Source: an uncultured Clostridia bacterium
GTDB taxonomy: Bacteria > Bacillota > Clostridia > Christensenellales > Aristaeellaceae
Assembly (NCBI GenBank): GCA_934647235.1
Contig: CAKUFG010000036.1
Location: 1-18,960, forward strand
Direction of reading: 5' to 3'
DNA: 18,960 nucleotides
The position numbers were made by a program, and so were the translations under genes. Below are positions 5,958 to 13,236 of this stretch, piece after piece (positions within the stretch are counted from its first letter, which is position 1; each line of letters starts with the position of its first letter). The notes under the pieces were generated by a model, which ran no database searches, was not told the origin of the DNA, and was given only the letters and a program-made list of their open reading frames with translations.

Positions 5958-7238
5958 ATGACGGAACAGGAAATGCGCAGACGTATGAATCAGGCGATGG
6001 ATACGCGGCTTTCCGGCGTGCAGGAGGATCCCTGGCTTGCGCAGCGCGTGATGAACCAGCCGAAGGGAGAGAAGAAAGTGAAGCGTTTCACCGTTCAGAC
6101 CGTTCTTGCAATGATGCTGCTGCTTGCCATCATGGGCACCGTGTATGCCGCCTCGCTGAACTCCGCACCCGACGATTTGATCACCAACACGCCCGTTCCC
6201 GCCAGTGAAGGCATGGGCGAGGTGGACCAGTGGGCGCTGGTGAAGATGCTGGAGCAGGAAAGCGAGGAGAATCCGTGCGATATAAACGGCTATTTGCAGT
6301 TTTACAGCAATGATTTTACCTATAGCGATATGATGTCTGTGCCCAGCTTTGATACGGGCTTCGATCAGGAGCTTGAATTGGAATACGATGGATTCAGATT
6401 CCGCCTGCGCGACGCCTATATATCTGGGAATACGCTGTACACCATAACGGAAATCAGCCGGGTAAACGGCGAACGTGCTATGATTGTGGAAATGCCCGCA
6501 GACAAAGAGCAGCTGAAAAACCGATTGTATAGAGGACTCTACCTGCGCGGCTTGAATAGAGACATTGAAATAACCGCGCAGGAATACATCGAAAAGTATA
6601 ATATGCCAGTATATATTGCTTCTGCTGGGGTTGAACAGGTATATAATTCAAATACGGCAGGAAGCAGCGCCACCAGAAGAGAAGGCGATGGAAAGCTGAT
6701 CGTTTATGAAACAATCAATCATGTTTGCCCAAGGAATGATGGGACTGTACATCTGGAATGGTCGGGGATGGTATGGGATGATAAAATTCAGGATTATCGC
6801 AAAGTGACTATGCCGCTGGTGCTTAAAATGAAACCTGTGGAAGAAAAAGAAATCTCTGTGTGCAGGCTATTCAAAACGGACGATTTTATGATTGAATTGG
6901 AAAGCATTACGTTAAGGAAAACGGATATCGACGTGCAGGTTGATTTTCATTGCCGCTTGATTGAGCCAACCATTGAAAAGGGACAACTGGTTCAGAAGTA
7001 TAGCTTCTATGCGGTTGATCCTGGCACTGAAAATTGGCGATATCTGAAAATGGGCTCAAAAATGAATGGAGGGATGGCAACGCCGGTTGATTTGAATACA
7101 GGAGAGTTTAATTATGAACGTACTACGCTGAGCTTGGAAGCCTGGGATCGGGACTCTCTGATAATTCAGTTCCTGCCCTTTGATGTCTGGGGGCACGGTG
7201 ATCCGCAGCAGCCGCTTGTCGATGTGAAAATCAAATAA
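5958..7238 (+). CDS. Putative single-pass anti-sigma factor with large extracytoplasmic domain
   Basis: It starts 5 nt after the sigma stop. It has a short cytoplasmic N-terminus (about 43 aa, no Cys/His), one TM (FTVQTVLAMMLLLAIMGTVYAA) and about 360 aa outside. The anti-sigma role is inferred from position and topology only. Confidence 0.6.
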   Translation: MTEQEMRRRMNQAMDTRLSGVQEDPWLAQRVMNQPKGEKKVKRFTVQTVLAMMLLLAIMGTVYAASLNSAPDDLITNTPVPASEGMGEVDQWALVKMLEQESEENPCDINGYLQFYSNDFTYSDMMSVPSFDTGFDQELELEYDGFRFRLRDAYISGNTLYTITEISRVNGERAMIVEMPADKEQLKNRLYRGLYLRGLNRDIEITAQEYIEKYNMPVYIASAGVEQVYNSNTAGSSATRREGDGKLIVYETINHVCPRNDGTVHLEWSGMVWDDKIQDYRKVTMPLVLKMKPVEEKEISVCRLFKTDDFMIELESITLRKTDIDVQVDFHCRLIEPTIEKGQLVQKYSFYAVDPGTENWRYLKMGSKMNGGMATPVDLNTGEFNYERTTLSLEAWDRDSLIIQFLPFDVWGHGDPQQPLVDVKIK

Positions 7239-7304
7239 TCCGCATGCAAAAAAGTCGGCTTAGGTTATCAATAAACAAGAAGAAGCGGGACATATTTCGT
7301 ATTT

Positions 7305-7327
7305 TGCCGCCCAAAGGGCGGCATTTT
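7305..7327 (+). terminator. Rho-independent terminator after the anti-sigma gene
   Basis: TGCCGCCC-aaa-GGGCGGCA (7305-7323) is followed by TTTT (7324-7327). Confidence 0.75.
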
Positions 7328-7351
7328 CGATCCGAAGCGGCGGCTTTTTGA

Positions 7352-8650
7352 TTACTTGCGCAAACCCTTGGGATAGTGATTTTTCAGTTGGCCGTTAGAA
7401 GCCTTGCCAAAGCCCAGCGCGTAGCCATCCACCGTGACCGCATAAAACCCGCGCATAGCTTCATCGCAGGGTAAGGCCTCGCCGTGCAGATAAGCGCGTG
7501 CCTGTACGTCTGTCAGTGGGTATTGGCGTGGGATGTCCGTCCCCAGCGCCAGCGCGTGATCAGGGATAAACACCTTTCCGCGCAGCTCGCCCACCTGCAG
7601 GCCGACGCGCAGCGTGCGGATGCAGTCCAGGGACGGAAGGACTGCGGGCGCGTGAATCAGATGGCCGCCGAAAATGGCGTTTGGCACGATGGCGCAGCCG
7701 GTTTCAGCAGCAAAGACGGCGCAGGCCTGCAGTGCGGCACGATCCGGCTCAGGCAGCGGCGGCGCGCCAGGCGCGGAGGATGCATCGCCATCCTTTTCAA
7801 GCAGCGCGACAAAGTGCCCCTCGCCGCGCACGAGGTGCGGCCACAGGCGCAGCATGCCCTGCGGCGCAGCGGGCAGGCCAGGCAGCGCAAAGGGGACAGG
7901 ATGAAAATCCGGATGCTCGGCCAGAAAGCGCTCGATGCTGCCTTCGTTCTCAAGGGAATTAAAGGTGCATGTGCTGTAGGCAAGCCGGCCGCCGGGGCGC
8001 AGCATTTGCGCGGCGCTGTTCAAAATCTCAGCCTGGCGGGCGGCACAGCGGGCGGGCGAATCGGCGTTCCATTCGGCACGTGCCTCCGGATGGCGGCGGA
8101 ACATGCCCTCGCCTGAGCAGGGCGCGTCCACCAGAATCTTATCAAAAAAGCCGGGCCAGCGCGCCGCCAAAGCGTCTGGATAGGCGCAGGTTACAACTGC
8201 GTTTCCAATGCCCATGCGTTCGATATTGCTGGACAGCACCTGCGCGCGGGAGGGGATGGGCTCGTTGGCAGCCAGCAGCGACAGAGGCGCGCTCATGGCC
8301 AGCTGCGTGCTTTTGCCGCCTGGAGCGGCGCACAGATCCAGCACCCGGTCGCCATCCTGCGGCTGGAGCGCGGCGGCTGCGGCCATGGCGGAGGGCTCCT
8401 GCAGGTAATATGCGCCCGCCTCGTGCAGGGGGATGGCCCCGGCGTTGGAATCCAGGCTTAGATAGCAGGCATCGCGGGCATAGGGAATATCGCCCAGCAG
8501 CGAATTGGCAGGCAGCGGCCGGCGCGCATCCCGAAAGCGCACGCCGCGCTGGGCAGGCTGCTGGTAGGAAGCAAGAAAAGCGTCCATTTCTCCTTGGAGA
8601 AGCGGACGCATGCTTTCAATGAAGGCAAGGGGCAGCGGGTATTCACTCAT
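7352..8650 (-). CDS. RsmB/RsmF (NOL1/NOP2/Sun) family rRNA cytosine-C5 methyltransferase
   Basis: SAM motif VLDLCAAPGGKS, catalytic DAPCSGEGMFRR and YSTCTF, and a C-terminal PUA-like tail. The true start is MSEYPLPL (ATG at 8650-8648). The track ORF extends 146 codons further upstream into the neighbouring gene. Confidence 0.85.
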   Translation of the reverse strand: MSEYPLPLAFIESMRPLLQGEMDAFLASYQQPAQRGVRFRDARRPLPANSLLGDIPYARDACYLSLDSNAGAIPLHEAGAYYLQEPSAMAAAAALQPQDGDRVLDLCAAPGGKSTQLAMSAPLSLLAANEPIPSRAQVLSSNIERMGIGNAVVTCAYPDALAARWPGFFDKILVDAPCSGEGMFRRHPEARAEWNADSPARCAARQAEILNSAAQMLRPGGRLAYSTCTFNSLENEGSIERFLAEHPDFHPVPFALPGLPAAPQGMLRLWPHLVRGEGHFVALLEKDGDASSAPGAPPLPEPDRAALQACAVFAAETGCAIVPNAIFGGHLIHAPAVLPSLDCIRTLRVGLQVGELRGKVFIPDHALALGTDIPRQYPLTDVQARAYLHGEALPCDEAMRGFYAVTVDGYALGFGKASNGQLKNHYPKGLRK

Positions 8651-9254
8651 AGGGGTTCCTGCCGTTCTGGGATTGATCCGCATCCTGCGGCGCAAGCGTG
8701 GGATATACCGCATCATGGAAGGCGTCGCGCGTATGCACAACGGGCACGGGGCGCGATTCCTCGCGATGATCGGCGCGAATTCTGCGCAGTACGGGCAGCC
8801 TTCGGCCATGCCGGTCGCTGCGTCGGCGGCGCGCGCCGGATATGGCGGTCTCGGGGGACTGCACGTCATAGCGCGTGATGGCCTGATAAAGGCGCTCGTC
8901 CGGCGCGGCGGGTTCCATGATGTCGGGGATCGGCTCGTCCATAAAGGGGAAGCTCTGCACGCCCTGATCATAGCCGCTGTTGAACTCCTGCTCGGCCATG
9001 CGCTCCTCCTTGCTGCGGAAAAGCCTGTGCAGCCAGGCGCGCCATACGTACTGCGGCCGCCAGCGCAGAATGTAAACCATCGCGTCAAGGGTCAGCCCGG
9101 CCAGCACCAGCACGCAGGTAAGCGGCAGCCAGTGTGCGCCGATCCAGGCCCAGAACGAGCCGGAGGCGCCCTGAAAAATGGACAGCGCGCTGTTTGCAAT
9201 CGTGCGGGTGAAGCTGAGCAGCAGCGACAATAATGAGCTTGCAAAATCGTTCAT
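8643..9254 (-). CDS. Membrane protein of unknown function (2 N-terminal TM helices plus a low-complexity cytoplasmic tail)
   Basis: SLLSLLLSFTRTIANSALSIF and WLPLTCVLVLAGLTLDAMVYIL are followed by a charged, Pro/Arg-rich tail. The stop overlaps the methyltransferase start by 8 nt. It starts 15 nt after the cdaR stop. Confidence 0.65.
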   Translation of the reverse strand: MNDFASSLLSLLLSFTRTIANSALSIFQGASGSFWAWIGAHWLPLTCVLVLAGLTLDAMVYILRWRPQYVWRAWLHRLFRSKEERMAEQEFNSGYDQGVQSFPFMDEPIPDIMEPAAPDERLYQAITRYDVQSPETAISGARRRRSDRHGRRLPVLRRIRADHREESRPVPVVHTRDAFHDAVYPTLAPQDADQSQNGRNPYE

Positions 9255-9269
9255 TTTACTATCCTATGG

Positions 9270-10310
9270 TTATTCGGGGGCGATTTCAACCGTGATCAGC
9301 ACGGTATCGCTGCTGGACCAGGCCATGCCGGCGGGACGCTCCAGGCGCACATTGCGGCGGATGATCGTCGTCGCGCCCGAAATATCGATGGGGGCCGATA
9401 TAAACTCCGCCAGGTGAATTTCGCTCAGCGCGCTGATGATCTGGTTGGTGGCGGCGATGGTCAGCGTGGCGGGCTCGGCGGTAATGCGCTTGACCACATA
9501 GCCCTGCGCGGGCTCGCCGACGGTCAGATCGGTGGTGTTGATGGTCATCTCACGTGTCTGGTATAGCGCCTGCTCTACCAGCAGGCTGTCCAGCCGCACG
9601 GACTCGCTGGTTACGTCGATCAGCGAGGAATCGATGGTATCGCCCGAGGCGTCCACCAGGCGATACGGCACGGCTGTGCGCTCCAGCCCCGAAACGGGGG
9701 TAAGCAGCGCCATATTGTAATCGGCCACGCAGCGCACAACGGAGTTGACCAGCGAGCGCGGGCCGGATACCGTAACATAGGAGGGATCGACGCTTGCGCC
9801 CGCCGCGTAAAAGCCCTCGGGCGGCTCGCCCGTAACGGACAGACGCACCGGGATACGGCTGCGGGTGATGTATTCCTCTACCTGCACGGTCACGGTGGAT
9901 ACGCTCATCTCCGTGACGCTGCCGTATGTATTGGTGCTGGTGGAAATCACCTTCAGCGTCTGCTCGCCCGTATCATGGATGCGGGCCAGATCGATGCGCA
10001 GGTTATAGTTGGATGCAGAGACATTGTTGTACATTTTCTGCGGCACATCGGCGCGGAAGCGCACGGTGGGCAGGTTTTCAAGGCCGGATACAATGATGTA
10101 GCCGTTGCGGCGCAGGGTATCGGCATTGACGACATTGATGGTTACGTCGCTGAATACCTTTTCGCGCGTCAGCGATTCATCCTGGGTGATCAGCCCGCTC
10201 CACAGGCAGATGGCCAGAAAAAGCGACAGCACCTTCCAGGGCCAGTTGTGGGTGAACCACATTTTCAGCCGCAGCAGCGCGGCCTTGAAATCAATTTTCT
10301 GCCCTGCCAT
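9270..10310 (-). CDS. cdaR: YbbR-domain protein, CdaA regulator CdaR
   Basis: N-terminal TM WPWKVLSLFLAICLWSGLI is followed by repeated beta-rich YbbR-like modules. It lies immediately downstream of cdaA and overlaps it by 20 nt, which is the conserved cdaA-cdaR arrangement. Confidence 0.8.
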   Translation of the reverse strand: MAGQKIDFKAALLRLKMWFTHNWPWKVLSLFLAICLWSGLITQDESLTREKVFSDVTINVVNADTLRRNGYIIVSGLENLPTVRFRADVPQKMYNNVSASNYNLRIDLARIHDTGEQTLKVISTSTNTYGSVTEMSVSTVTVQVEEYITRSRIPVRLSVTGEPPEGFYAAGASVDPSYVTVSGPRSLVNSVVRCVADYNMALLTPVSGLERTAVPYRLVDASGDTIDSSLIDVTSESVRLDSLLVEQALYQTREMTINTTDLTVGEPAQGYVVKRITAEPATLTIAATNQIISALSEIHLAEFISAPIDISGATTIIRRNVRLERPAGMAWSSSDTVLITVEIAPE

Positions 10311-11157
10311 GGTTCAGCCTGCCTTTCAGCCAGTTTTTTGCGCGGACGTACAGGCCGTCCTGCGGTTGATGGTACATGGTGCTCAGGATATCGCCGATGG
10401 CCTTTGCATCCAGATGGCGGGTGAGCTTACCGTCGCGCGCCATGCTGATTACGCCCGTTTCCTCGCTGACAATCAGCACCAGCGCGTCCGTGGTTTCCGA
10501 TATGCCGATGGCGGCGCGGTGGCGCGTGCCCAGATCGCGGGTGATGGCGTTGGATTCGGACAGGGTGGTCAGCATACAGGCGGCCGATACAATGCGCGGG
10601 CCCTGGATAATCACCGCGCCGTCGTGCAGCGGGGTGTTGGGCTCAAAGATGTTTTCAAGCAGGGGGGCGGAGATCACGCTGTCCAGCCGTGTGCCGGTTT
10701 CCATTACGTCCTTCAGGCCCGTGCGGCGCTCAAATACGATCAGCGCGCCCACCCTGCGGCGGGACAGGCTGGTGAGGCATTGGGTGATTTCGCTGATGAT
10801 GCGCTGGTTTTCCTCGCTGTCGCTTTGAAAATGCTCCATCTTGGCGCCTCGGCCCAGCTGCTCCAGCACACGGCGGATTTCGGGCTGAAAAAGCACCACC
10901 AGCACCAGCGCGCCGTTGCTGAGGATTTGCTTGAGCACCCAGGTAAGGGCGGTAAGACCCAGGAGGGAGGAAAGAAGCGATGCGCCCACCAGCAGCAGAA
11001 AGCCCTTGAGCACCTCGCTTGCGCGGGTATCGCGCGTGAGCATGATCATCTGATAGATCAGCACCGCGACGATTAAAATATCCAGCAGGTCGTTGAGCTG
11101 CGGACGATTGAAGATGTTCCAGAAGAACGTCTGGAGCTGGCTAAACAAAGAAGACAC
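10291..11157 (-). CDS. cdaA: Diadenylate cyclase CdaA (c-di-AMP synthase)
   Basis: Three N-terminal TM helices plus a DAC domain with LHDGAVII and LGTRHRAAIGISE motifs. GTG start at 11157 is preceded by GTGAGG. Confidence 0.92.
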   Translation of the reverse strand: MSSLFSQLQTFFWNIFNRPQLNDLLDILIVAVLIYQMIMLTRDTRASEVLKGFLLLVGASLLSSLLGLTALTWVLKQILSNGALVLVVLFQPEIRRVLEQLGRGAKMEHFQSDSEENQRIISEITQCLTSLSRRRVGALIVFERRTGLKDVMETGTRLDSVISAPLLENIFEPNTPLHDGAVIIQGPRIVSAACMLTTLSESNAITRDLGTRHRAAIGISETTDALVLIVSEETGVISMARDGKLTRHLDAKAIGDILSTMYHQPQDGLYVRAKNWLKGRLNHGRAEN

Positions 11158-11346
11158 GCGGCAACGACCTCACTTTCCTGCGATACTCTTATTATAACAA
11201 AATCTTAATAATTTGTTAAGGGGAAAAAGCCCCAGAATGTAAAAAAAGTAAGAATAAATTATGGATCGATTTCAAATTCTTCAAATTCCAGATAGGATGG
11301 AAAAGTGTAAAATCTTCCCTGAACGGTAGGCAAGCGGCGGCGGATA

Positions 11347-11355
11347 TGCTATAAT
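11347..11355 (+). promoter_or_regulatory. Extended -10 promoter (TGcTATAAT) for radC
   Basis: TG at 11347-11348 and TATAAT at 11350-11355, about 60 nt upstream of the radC start. It is embedded in the inverted repeat ATATGCTA (11344-11351) / TAGCATAT (11361-11368). Confidence 0.45.
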
Positions 11356-11419
11356 GTAAATAGCATATGGCCTGAAATGCATAAAGCGGGCAATCTGGAC
11401 ACAAAGGAGCGCTGTGGGC

Positions 11420-12202
11420 ATGGATCATCACGACGGACACCGCGAAAGGCTGCGGGAGCGCTATCTGCGCATGGGGCTGGACGCCTTTGGCGAGCATGAG
11501 GTGCTCGAGCTCCTGCTTACCTATGCCATCCCGCGCCGCGATACCAAGCCGATTGCCTATGCGCTGCTGGATCGCTTCGGCTCGCTCCACCGTGTGCTGC
11601 AGGCCACGCCGCAGGAGCTGATGAAAACGCCTGGCGTAGGCGACAGCGCGGCTGTGTTCATCAATATGATGGTGCCCTTGTTCAGGGCCTATCGCCGCAG
11701 CGTGGAAGCCGAAAACCCGCAGATGAAGAATCAGGAGCAGTCCGTGCGCTATTGCGAGGGGCTGTTCGAGGGCGAACGGTATGAAAAATTCTATGTGATT
11801 TGCCTGGATGCGCAGATGCGTCGGGTGAACACCGTGCTGATTTCCAGCGGCGATATCGCCGAGGTGCGCGTCTATGCCCGCCATGTGCTCAGCGCGCTGA
11901 GCCAGTGCGACGCGATGGGCGCGGTGATTGCGCACAACCATCCAAGCGGCACGGCGCAGCCGTCCATAGAGGATATTCAGCTGACCAACAGCATTTCCGC
12001 CCTGCTGGACGGCGTGGGCATCAAGCTGTATGATCATCTGATCGTCGCGCCCAACGAAACCTTCAGCTTCCGCCGCGGCGGGTTGATCTGCGCCGACAGC
12101 GGCGAAGCCTCGCAGGCCGCGCAGAACTTTGAGCGGATTCTGCCCGCTGTGCAGGATGAAATCTACCGGGAGGGCTTGATCCCCAAACAGCGTGATTCAT
12201 AA
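11420..12202 (+). CDS. radC: RadC-like JAB-domain protein (UPF0758)
   Basis: N-terminal HRERLRERY...HEVLELLL, HhH-like MKTPGVGDSAA, and JAB/MPN motif AHNHPSG. The start is either ATG 11420 or GTG 11414, after AAGGAG (11404-11409). Confidence 0.88.
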   Translation: MDHHDGHRERLRERYLRMGLDAFGEHEVLELLLTYAIPRRDTKPIAYALLDRFGSLHRVLQATPQELMKTPGVGDSAAVFINMMVPLFRAYRRSVEAENPQMKNQEQSVRYCEGLFEGERYEKFYVICLDAQMRRVNTVLISSGDIAEVRVYARHVLSALSQCDAMGAVIAHNHPSGTAQPSIEDIQLTNSISALLDGVGIKLYDHLIVAPNETFSFRRGGLICADSGEASQAAQNFERILPAVQDEIYREGLIPKQRDS

Positions 12203-12217
12203 GGAGAAACTGTTTTA

Positions 12218-12835
12218 ATGAAAAAGAGTAAACAAAAAAGGCGGTGTCCGAGGTTGCTGCGCGTACTGCTGTATTTGGCGCTGCTGGGCTTTGCGGCATG
12301 GACTGCATTGGTGGCTTTTGTGTGCGTAAAGGAGTATACGGTGCCAGAGCCAGATGGCACCACTCAGGCGATCATCGTGCTGGGTGCGCAGGTGAAGCCG
12401 GACGGTACCCTGAGCCTGCAGCTGCAGTATCGCATGGAGCTGGCGCTGGAGCAGTACCGCGCCCATCCGCAGACCATCGTCGTGTGCGGCGCGCAGGGCG
12501 GCAATGAGCCGATGACCGAGGCGCAGGCGATGCACGATTATCTGGCGTCAAACGGCGTGCCGGAGGCGGACATCCTGATGGAGGATACCTCCTTCAATAC
12601 CCGTCAGAACCTGGCCCATGCACAGAAGCTGCTGGGCGAGGACGTGAAAAAGGTGCTGATCGTAACCAGCAATTATCACCTGCCGCGCGCAATGGCGCTG
12701 GCGCGCGATACCGGCTTTGAGCCGCAGGGCGTGGGCGCGCCGGTCAAGCTGATCTACTGGCCCAAAAACCATTACCGCGAGGCGCTTGCCTGGGTCAAAT
12801 ACCTGCTGCAAAAATGGAGCATTCTGCCTTATTGA
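12218..12835 (+). CDS. DUF218 / YdcF (SanA/ElyC-like) family membrane-anchored protein
   Basis: N-terminal TM, then IIVLGAQVKPDG, VVCGAQGGNE, and NTRQN...LIVTSNYHLPRA, typical of DUF218. RBS AAGGAG lies upstream. Confidence 0.8.
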   Translation: MKKSKQKRRCPRLLRVLLYLALLGFAAWTALVAFVCVKEYTVPEPDGTTQAIIVLGAQVKPDGTLSLQLQYRMELALEQYRAHPQTIVVCGAQGGNEPMTEAQAMHDYLASNGVPEADILMEDTSFNTRQNLAHAQKLLGEDVKKVLIVTSNYHLPRAMALARDTGFEPQGVGAPVKLIYWPKNHYREALAWVKYLLQKWSILPY

Positions 12836-12841
12836 TAAAAC

Positions 12842-12877
12842 AAGCCCTCCTTCAGGCGTTTGCCTGGGGGAGGGCTT
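12842..12877. terminator. Long hairpin between ydcF-like gene and tRNA genes
   Basis: AAGCCCTCC (12842-12850) pairs with GGAGGGCTT (12869-12877), with an inner CAGGC/GCCTG stem. A T-run is present only for the minus-strand reading (GTTTTAT). Confidence 0.5.
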
Positions 12878-12887
12878 AAAAAGAAGC

Positions 12888-12913
12888 AAAAAAAGAAACC
12901 GCACAAGCGGTTT
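12888..12913 (-). terminator. Rho-independent terminator of the tRNA mini-operon
   Basis: On the minus strand, AAACCGC-ttgt-GCGGTTT is followed by CTTTTTTT (plus-strand A-run at 12888-12894). It lies directly downstream of tRNA-Glu. Confidence 0.75.
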
Positions 12914-12920
12914 GCTTTTG

Positions 12921-12996
12921 TGGCACCTCCGACCGGATTCGAACCGGTGTTTCAGCCTTGAGAGGGCCGCGTCCTAGGCCACTAGACAACGGAGGC
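12921..12996 (-). tRNA. tRNA-Glu (anticodon CTC), CCA encoded
   Basis: Hand-folded reverse complement GCCTCCG-TT-GTCT..GGAC-G-CGGCC-CTCTCAA-GGCTG-AAAC-ACCGG-TTCGAAT-CCGGT-CGGAGGT-G-CCA. It forms a cloverleaf of 76 nt with a G1-U72 wobble. Confidence 0.88.
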
Positions 12997-13000
12997 AAAA

Positions 13001-13074
13001 TGGCTGGGGAACAAGGATTTGAACCTTGACAATACGAGTCAGAGTCGTAGGTGCTGCCGTTACACCATTCCCCA
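13001..13074 (-). tRNA. tRNA-Gln (anticodon CTG), CCA encoded
   Basis: Reverse complement TGGGGAA-TG-GTGT-AACGGCA-GCAC-C-TACGA-CTCTGAC-TCGTA-TTGT-CAAGG-TTCAAAT-CCTTG-TTCCCCA-G-CCA. It is 74 nt with U1-A72, typical of bacterial tRNA-Gln. Confidence 0.9.
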
Positions 13075-13102
13075 ACGCAGTGCAGAAGTGACTGCGAGGG
13101 AT

Positions 13103-13131
13103 ATTATATCCAACTTGCCTGCGATTGTCAA
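13103..13131 (-). promoter_or_regulatory. Perfect consensus promoter (TTGACA-17-TATAAT) for the tRNA genes
   Basis: On the minus strand, TTGACA (13131-13126), a 17-nt spacer, TATAAT (13108-13103), and an upstream A7 tract (13135-13141). The tRNA-Gln 5' end lies about 29 nt downstream of the -10. Confidence 0.8.
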
Positions 13132-13236
13132 GGGTTTTTTTCAAAATTTATGAATTTATTTGCAAAGTCGTCTTTCGGCCCATGCAGGCTGCCTGAAACG
13201 CATCGCGTTTTCCGGGACCGGGTCGGAATCAGCGGG

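Noticed and set aside
7484-8622. Plus-strand ORFs of 210 and 217 aa inside the methyltransferase gene
   Set aside because: They are Arg/Ala/Gly-rich shadow frames opposite a gene with clear SAM-binding and catalytic Cys motifs.
8651-9088. 146-codon N-terminal extension of the methyltransferase ORF (track start 9088)
   Set aside because: The extension is Arg/Pro/Ala/Ser-rich nonsense that fully overlaps the 203-aa membrane protein frame. Homologous methyltransferases begin near MSEYPLPL. Hence the start is set to 8650.
10105-11076. 323-aa plus-strand ORF (also 9975-10424 and 10376-10828)
   Set aside because: These run antisense to cdaA and cdaR, which have diagnostic DAC motifs. No RBS or domain signature is present.
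11216-12037. 273-aa minus-strand ORF
   Set aside because: It is antisense to radC and extends into the AT-rich promoter region. There is no supporting motif.
12921-13074. tRNA genes as an integration site for a genomic island (the sulfatase locus)
   Set aside because: No integrase gene, no duplicated tRNA 3' fragment and no direct repeat is visible in the window. The accessory-looking locus lies on the 5' (promoter) side of the tRNAs rather than at their 3' ends.
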